From a virus (lineage: Duplodnaviria > Caudoviricetes), in IMG/VR virus record IMGVR_UViG_3300021341_000078, positions 1 to 63,627 of that record: DNA of 63,627 nt, one strand, 5' to 3'. Below are positions 59,361 through 63,627 of the stretch, one piece after another; the stretch's first letter is position 1; every line of letters begins with the position of its first letter. Position numbers and translations under genes: made by a program. The notes beneath the pieces were generated by a model. That model made no database searches, had not been told where the DNA came from, and was given only the letters and a program-made list of their open reading frames with translations.

Positions 59361-60901
59361 ATATACAAGATGTCTAGATTCAAACTTAACACACCTAGAG
59401 AAGTACACGAGAACCCAAACAGCAAGTTCCAAGCTGGTCTAAATAAGCTCAGAGAGCTTTGAGCAGAAGAATTATTACAAACCTTCACTGAGATGCGTGA
59501 GAACCAGAGAGACGCTTGAACACGAACTGAGACAGCTGATACTGCTGCTGGTCTGATCTACGATAAAATAGAGGAGGAAAAGAGCAAGAGAAAGTAGTGG
59601 CTGTTTCCATTTTGGAACATACCACAGCAACCCTTTTACCTTAGTATTACAGATGGAATTACTTACTTGATACGTATTAGCAAATTGCTTCATTTTTTCT
59701 CCACTTATTGGCTACGATAGCCCTTACTCTGAGTGGCGTTATTGTCCTGAGTTTGATGCTCCTTGCGTAGAGGAAACATTCTATAGGTTTAGAGACTGAG
59801 TATATGACTGTAGAACAGACGGTGAACGACTAGCGCATTGTGCCGATTCAGAATAACCTTATTTATTTAGTATATGGGGATGAAGAAAGTATACAGATGA
59901 TGTGAAATAGAGATAACAAGAGAATATGACGAAATCTACCACTCTATCTTTTCGAAAGACTGACGAGAGCTTGCTAGTTGATTCGGTCGGTGAGATACCA
60001 TACGGTCTGTTCGATGACCATGTCAACTTAGAGTTGATTCATTCTTAGATGAATGCTGATGAGACTTTGAAAAATATGAGGAGATGCGATACGGAAAACC
60101 ATTTTAGTTTGCAGAACAATCATTGTCTAAAGTAGATTTATCCTACCCTCACACATGGAAAAGCTCCCAACCCCACAACCTAAAAAGAGACTATTCAAGA
60201 AGCAAGAGTATCAACAGAGGCTTGCCGAAGTATTGAAGTGAAGCTGTCGGCAATGCGGTAGACTATCTAACAACCTAACAGGAGGACTATGTCCTGACTG
60301 CTTATAATACTAACCACAAACAATGTCCTATAAAAGAAAGACAGTAAACGTAACACACTTCTTTTGGTTCAACTGAAAGATACATAGAGTAGAGGACGCT
60401 TATAACTTATGACATAAAAGACAAAAGCCTATAATCACATGGCTAGAAGAGTATAACAAGGCAACACAAGAGTACTCAGGCATAGGAGATAAAAGAAAGC
60501 GCGAAAAGATTAGAAAACTAGAAAGTAAAATACGGTGATACCTGGGAAACTAGTTTTACTTTACATATAGAAATGAAACCAGACTTTACACGAGACGAAG
60601 CAATTACAGGAATGAGGAATCGGTTTATAGTATGAGTAGCAGTAGGTATACTTATATCTACGCTGGCTAGTTTTATTGTTTAATGTATAGACATGAGTAC
60701 CGTATGAGAAGAAATACTTGTAGAACTAGAAAGATGTAAAATGTTACTTTCTATGTATCAAGAAATATGAGTAGAAGGAGTTTTTTGAGCAACACTTATA
60801 TCAGAGTGAATTAATAAAGCAGAAAAGGCGATTAGTGAATGAAATATAGTAGAAATAATCAAGTCGTATGAGGAACTAAAGTCCTTTGAGTAGATAAAAA
60901 G

Positions 60902-60931
60902 AAAGCCCCCTAGGAAACTAGGAGGCTCTTT
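60902..60931. terminator. Bidirectional terminator at the recoded/standard-code boundary
   Basis: A-run, AGCCCCCTAG-GAAA-CTAGGAGGCT, T-run between convergent blocks. Confidence 0.6.
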
Positions 60932-61158
60932 TTTAGTTCAGATTCGAGACGTTCTTGGAACAGCTCTGTCAGGTTCTCTGAGGCTTGCGCTTCACTGTAG
61001 GGAATCCTGACAATCAAGCAATCATCCTCATAGATAACCTTATCTACTTCATCTATACATTCTAGTATAACGAATAGATCTTGTTCAAACTGAGCTTCTA
61101 AGAACTCTACGTCAATCAGATCAAAGAGATCTTCTTGTACTGCTCTCGTAATTGTCAT
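60910..61158 (-). CDS. Acidic hypothetical protein (standard code)
   Basis: 82-aa ORF preceded by TATATTTG. Confidence 0.6.
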   Translation of the reverse strand: MTITRAVQEDLFDLIDVEFLEAQFEQDLFVILECIDEVDKVIYEDDCLIVRIPYSEAQASENLTELFQERLESELKKSLLVS

Positions 61159-61214
61159 TTGTGTTGTGATTTAGTTAGCATGTGCGCCACACTCTCCTCA
61201 CCTTACAAATATAC

Positions 61215-61748
61215 CTACTGATCACCGAGATTCAAAATAGGTCTCGCTAGCTTGTAACGTATAAGCTCACCTTGTGGTTTGTCTGGACGAGAGAGGTTTT
61301 CTTCACTGAGTGGATACTTGCCTATCTCAATGACCTCTAACTCCTTGGCTTTCTGTACTGTCCCTTTGTAGATAGTAACATACTCAAGGTTCATCCTTTT
61401 TAGATACTTAGGCTTGTATCTCTTGGATTCCCCTTGGATTGTAATACCGATTTTCGCTGTTTCACCTTTGTAGAGGTAGAATGTGCCGTTTGGACAATGT
61501 AAACACTGATAGTAACCGTTTCGTCTAGCAACTAAGCGGTATGTCTCAGCGCTTTCTCTCATCCTTCTCACCTTGTCGTTGAGTTGGGCTTTTCTCTTCT
61601 CCTTTAGTTCGTACGTTCCGTCTGGATTGCGTTTTACGTAGTCATCAAATGACTCGTAAGCGAAGTAAAGTAATGCGAATAGCAGGAATAAGATTGGTAG
61701 GGTTCTACTCTTGCCTACTGGTGTAGGGCTTTCTGTTTTCTTAACCAT
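61215..61748 (-). CDS. Membrane-anchored protein with GIY-YIG-like motif (standard code)
   Basis: TM, then YRL...CxxC...KIGIT...RY...E. Confidence 0.55.
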   Translation of the reverse strand: MVKKTESPTPVGKSRTLPILFLLFALLYFAYESFDDYVKRNPDGTYELKEKRKAQLNDKVRRMRESAETYRLVARRNGYYQCLHCPNGTFYLYKGETAKIGITIQGESKRYKPKYLKRMNLEYVTIYKGTVQKAKELEVIEIGKYPLSEENLSRPDKPQGELIRYKLARPILNLGDQ

Positions 61749-61873
61749 ACTGCCTTGAATTTTGGCGGTTTACGAATATGATTTATTCGTAAGTACTGCC
61801 CTCAAGGTAGTGCGTGACTATTGGAGAGGGGCGTTTCTGCTCCTCTCTTTCACAATAAACATATAACAAAAAA

Positions 61874-62335
61874 ATGGAAAAGAAAAGAGTACCTAAACGT
61901 GTTGCAGAAATCCAAGTAACCTACTCAGCTAAAATTAAAAAAGAAGAACGGCATCAAGTCAAATGTAGCCTAGACATCTACCAGATAGTCATGTCTGAGA
62001 TCTATGGTGATGATATTGAGTACGTAGAGACGTTCTACGTTATAATGCTTAATAGATCTAGTGAGATATTGGGTTATAAACAAGTTAGTAAAGGAGGATC
62101 ATCGGGCACGGTTGTCGATGCAAAGGTGGTATTCGCGCCAGCGTTAAAGTGTCACGCGAGTAGTATACTCTTAGTACACAATCACCCTTCATCTAGCCTA
62201 TACCCTTCACAACCTGACAAGAACCTAACAAAGAAACTAGTAGACGCTGGGAAGCTACTTGACGTACTTGTCTTAGACCATTTGATCGTAACTATGGAAG
62301 GCTATTACTCCTTCGCAGATGAGGGTCTTATTTAG
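61874..62335 (+). CDS. radC: RadC-like JAB-domain protein (standard code)
   Basis: E..Y...LNR, HNHPS...PS..D, VLDHLI, YYSFADEG. Confidence 0.92.
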   Translation: MEKKRVPKRVAEIQVTYSAKIKKEERHQVKCSLDIYQIVMSEIYGDDIEYVETFYVIMLNRSSEILGYKQVSKGGSSGTVVDAKVVFAPALKCHASSILLVHNHPSSSLYPSQPDKNLTKKLVDAGKLLDVLVLDHLIVTMEGYYSFADEGLI

Positions 62336-62344
62336 CAATTATCT

Positions 62345-62370
62345 ACTGACGGACTACCGTCAGTTTTTTA
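62345..62370 (+). terminator. Intrinsic terminator between radC and integrase
   Basis: ACTGACGG-ACTA-CCGTCAGT followed by T-run. Confidence 0.7.
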
Positions 62371-63627
62371 TTATAGCATATCTATCGCGTTCTGTAGTTT
62401 CTCTCTATCTCTCACTATACCCAAATACTTATTGGTAGTCTTTATTGAAGCATGATCCATAAGAGTTTTAACCGTCATTATGTCTACACCTTTTGATAGC
62501 GCTAGGGTAGGGGCTGTGTAACGTCCACTGTAGAAGCTAAAGTATCTACCATCGCTGAAACCTATCTTTTTGGAGACCCTCTTATAGCACTTATAGGAAT
62601 TGTCTCTCTCTCTTTTTGCCCTTCTCTCTGTCTCTACTGGATCTTTATCGAAACCATTTAGTATAGGTAGTATGTACTTACCTTTTGAGTCTATCTTTTT
62701 CAGTATCTCTAGTGCAGCCTCCTTCACAGGTTTCCCCAGCTTGTTCTCGAACCCAGTCTTTGATCTACTATACTTCCAAATGTCGTTTGTGATATCATCC
62801 CAACGCAACCGAGCTAGGTCTATAAGGTTCACCCCAAAAAAGAAATATGAGAGAACCCAGTAGGACATGTACTTCCATTCAGTGTCTGAGAAGGTGTTGT
62901 TGTAGTAATAGAAAACAACGCTTTCTTTTTCTTCCTCAGTCAGATCTCTAATTCTTTTCTTATTGGTTTTTTTCTTCCCTTTTCTTTTGCGCTCGTTTAT
63001 ATCATACCCGTTAGGGTTGTAGACTGTCTTAAAAGGGTTGTGCTTGGCTTCTATTATTCCCTCCTTGAGTGAGAAGGATATCAGTGTTTTTGTCCACTTT
63101 AGATAGTTGAAGCCGTTCATATCTCTCTCGTCGAAAGACTTTGTAAGTTTATTTATAGAGGACAGATTGAAGTCGCGTATTCGTTTATTGTCCAAGTCTG
63201 CTTTCTCAAATACAGGTATGAGTGCTAGATAGTTTTTTGCAGAAGATACATCACCAGACTCCACCTTGCGGTTGTATATGTCCATAGCAAACTCTCCTAA
63301 GCGCTTATCTTCTACCTGCTCAGTAGATCTATGCTTAGCTAACAGGCTAGAGAACTCTTTATAATCAAAGCTATCTATGAAATTATTCTGGTAGACGTGG
63401 TAGCAATCATCAAGGTACTGTCTGATATAACCATTCTTTTTCTGTCGACCTCTTTCGTGTACATTATAGCATCTTCTTTCAGAGTCCCAATTCTCTTTTA
63501 AGCAGGAATAGCCCTTGATCCTTTTCTTAGTGTTGTTACCTCCATACCTGATCTGTATGCAGACAGGGTGTGCACCATTTCTTAAAGTAACATGTTTGTC
63601 AAGGTAAGTGACAAAAGTAACCTTCAT
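62371..63627 (-). CDS. Tyrosine integrase, Bacteroidota type (standard code)
   Basis: N-terminal arm-binding-like HPVCIQIRY; GVNLIDL, RSKTG, FYSGRYT, MDHASIKTTNKYL. Confidence 0.92.
   Translation of the reverse strand: MKVTFVTYLDKHVTLRNGAHPVCIQIRYGGNNTKKRIKGYSCLKENWDSERRCYNVHERGRQKKNGYIRQYLDDCYHVYQNNFIDSFDYKEFSSLLAKHRSTEQVEDKRLGEFAMDIYNRKVESGDVSSAKNYLALIPVFEKADLDNKRIRDFNLSSINKLTKSFDERDMNGFNYLKWTKTLISFSLKEGIIEAKHNPFKTVYNPNGYDINERKRKGKKKTNKKRIRDLTEEEKESVVFYYYNNTFSDTEWKYMSYWVLSYFFFGVNLIDLARLRWDDITNDIWKYSRSKTGFENKLGKPVKEAALEILKKIDSKGKYILPILNGFDKDPVETERRAKRERDNSYKCYKRVSKKIGFSDGRYFSFYSGRYTAPTLALSKGVDIMTVKTLMDHASIKTTNKYLGIVRDREKLQNAIDML

Larger units (their letters stand above)
4612..63627. mobile_element. 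Dual-genetic-code siphovirus-like prophage (right end beyond window)
   Basis: tRNA boundary, complete head-tail-lysis and replication modules under UGA=Gly/CGR=Trp, terminal tyrosine integrase in standard code. Confidence 0.9.

Noticed and set aside
9436-60894. Degraded/pseudogenised prophage
   Set aside because: In the genes I translated the interruptions are TGA at conserved Gly sites, with no frameshifts or internal TAA/TAG
9436-60894. Table 4 (UGA=Trp) or selenocysteine recoding
   Set aside because: Walker A and other motifs require Gly, and adjacent TGA TGA pairs fit GG
1-63627. CRISPR array or diversity-generating retroelement
   Set aside because: No regularly spaced repeats, reverse transcriptase or TR/VR pair seen by eye

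Overview
Bases 1-~4.6 kb look like standard-code (table 11) Bacteroidota host DNA: an FAD amine oxidase, two tiny double-Gly peptides, an XRE regulator, an integrase remnant and tRNA-Ala(GGC). From ~4.62 kb to the window end lies a ~59 kb integrated siphovirus-like prophage that uses two genetic codes. Its replication, head, tail, lysis and resident TnpB genes look shattered in the ORF track. They become intact conserved proteins when UGA=Gly and CGA/CGG=Trp, the code known from Absconditabacteria (SR1, CPR/Patescibacteria), and they carry TTGACA-N16-TATAAT-type promoters. The integrase, RadC/JAB, a coupling-ATPase/relaxase module and three internal moron islands contain no in-frame UGA, appear to use CGA/CGG as Arg, and several have Bacteroidota TAnnTTTG promoters. 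I found no suppressor tRNA or release factor. Best reading (inference): a two-host phage that integrates in a Bacteroidota chromosome where its lytic program is untranslatable, and makes virions only in an Absconditabacteria-code cell, plausibly an epibiont or predator of that host. All recoded-gene coordinates were derived by hand translation; family names come from motif recognition, not database searches.
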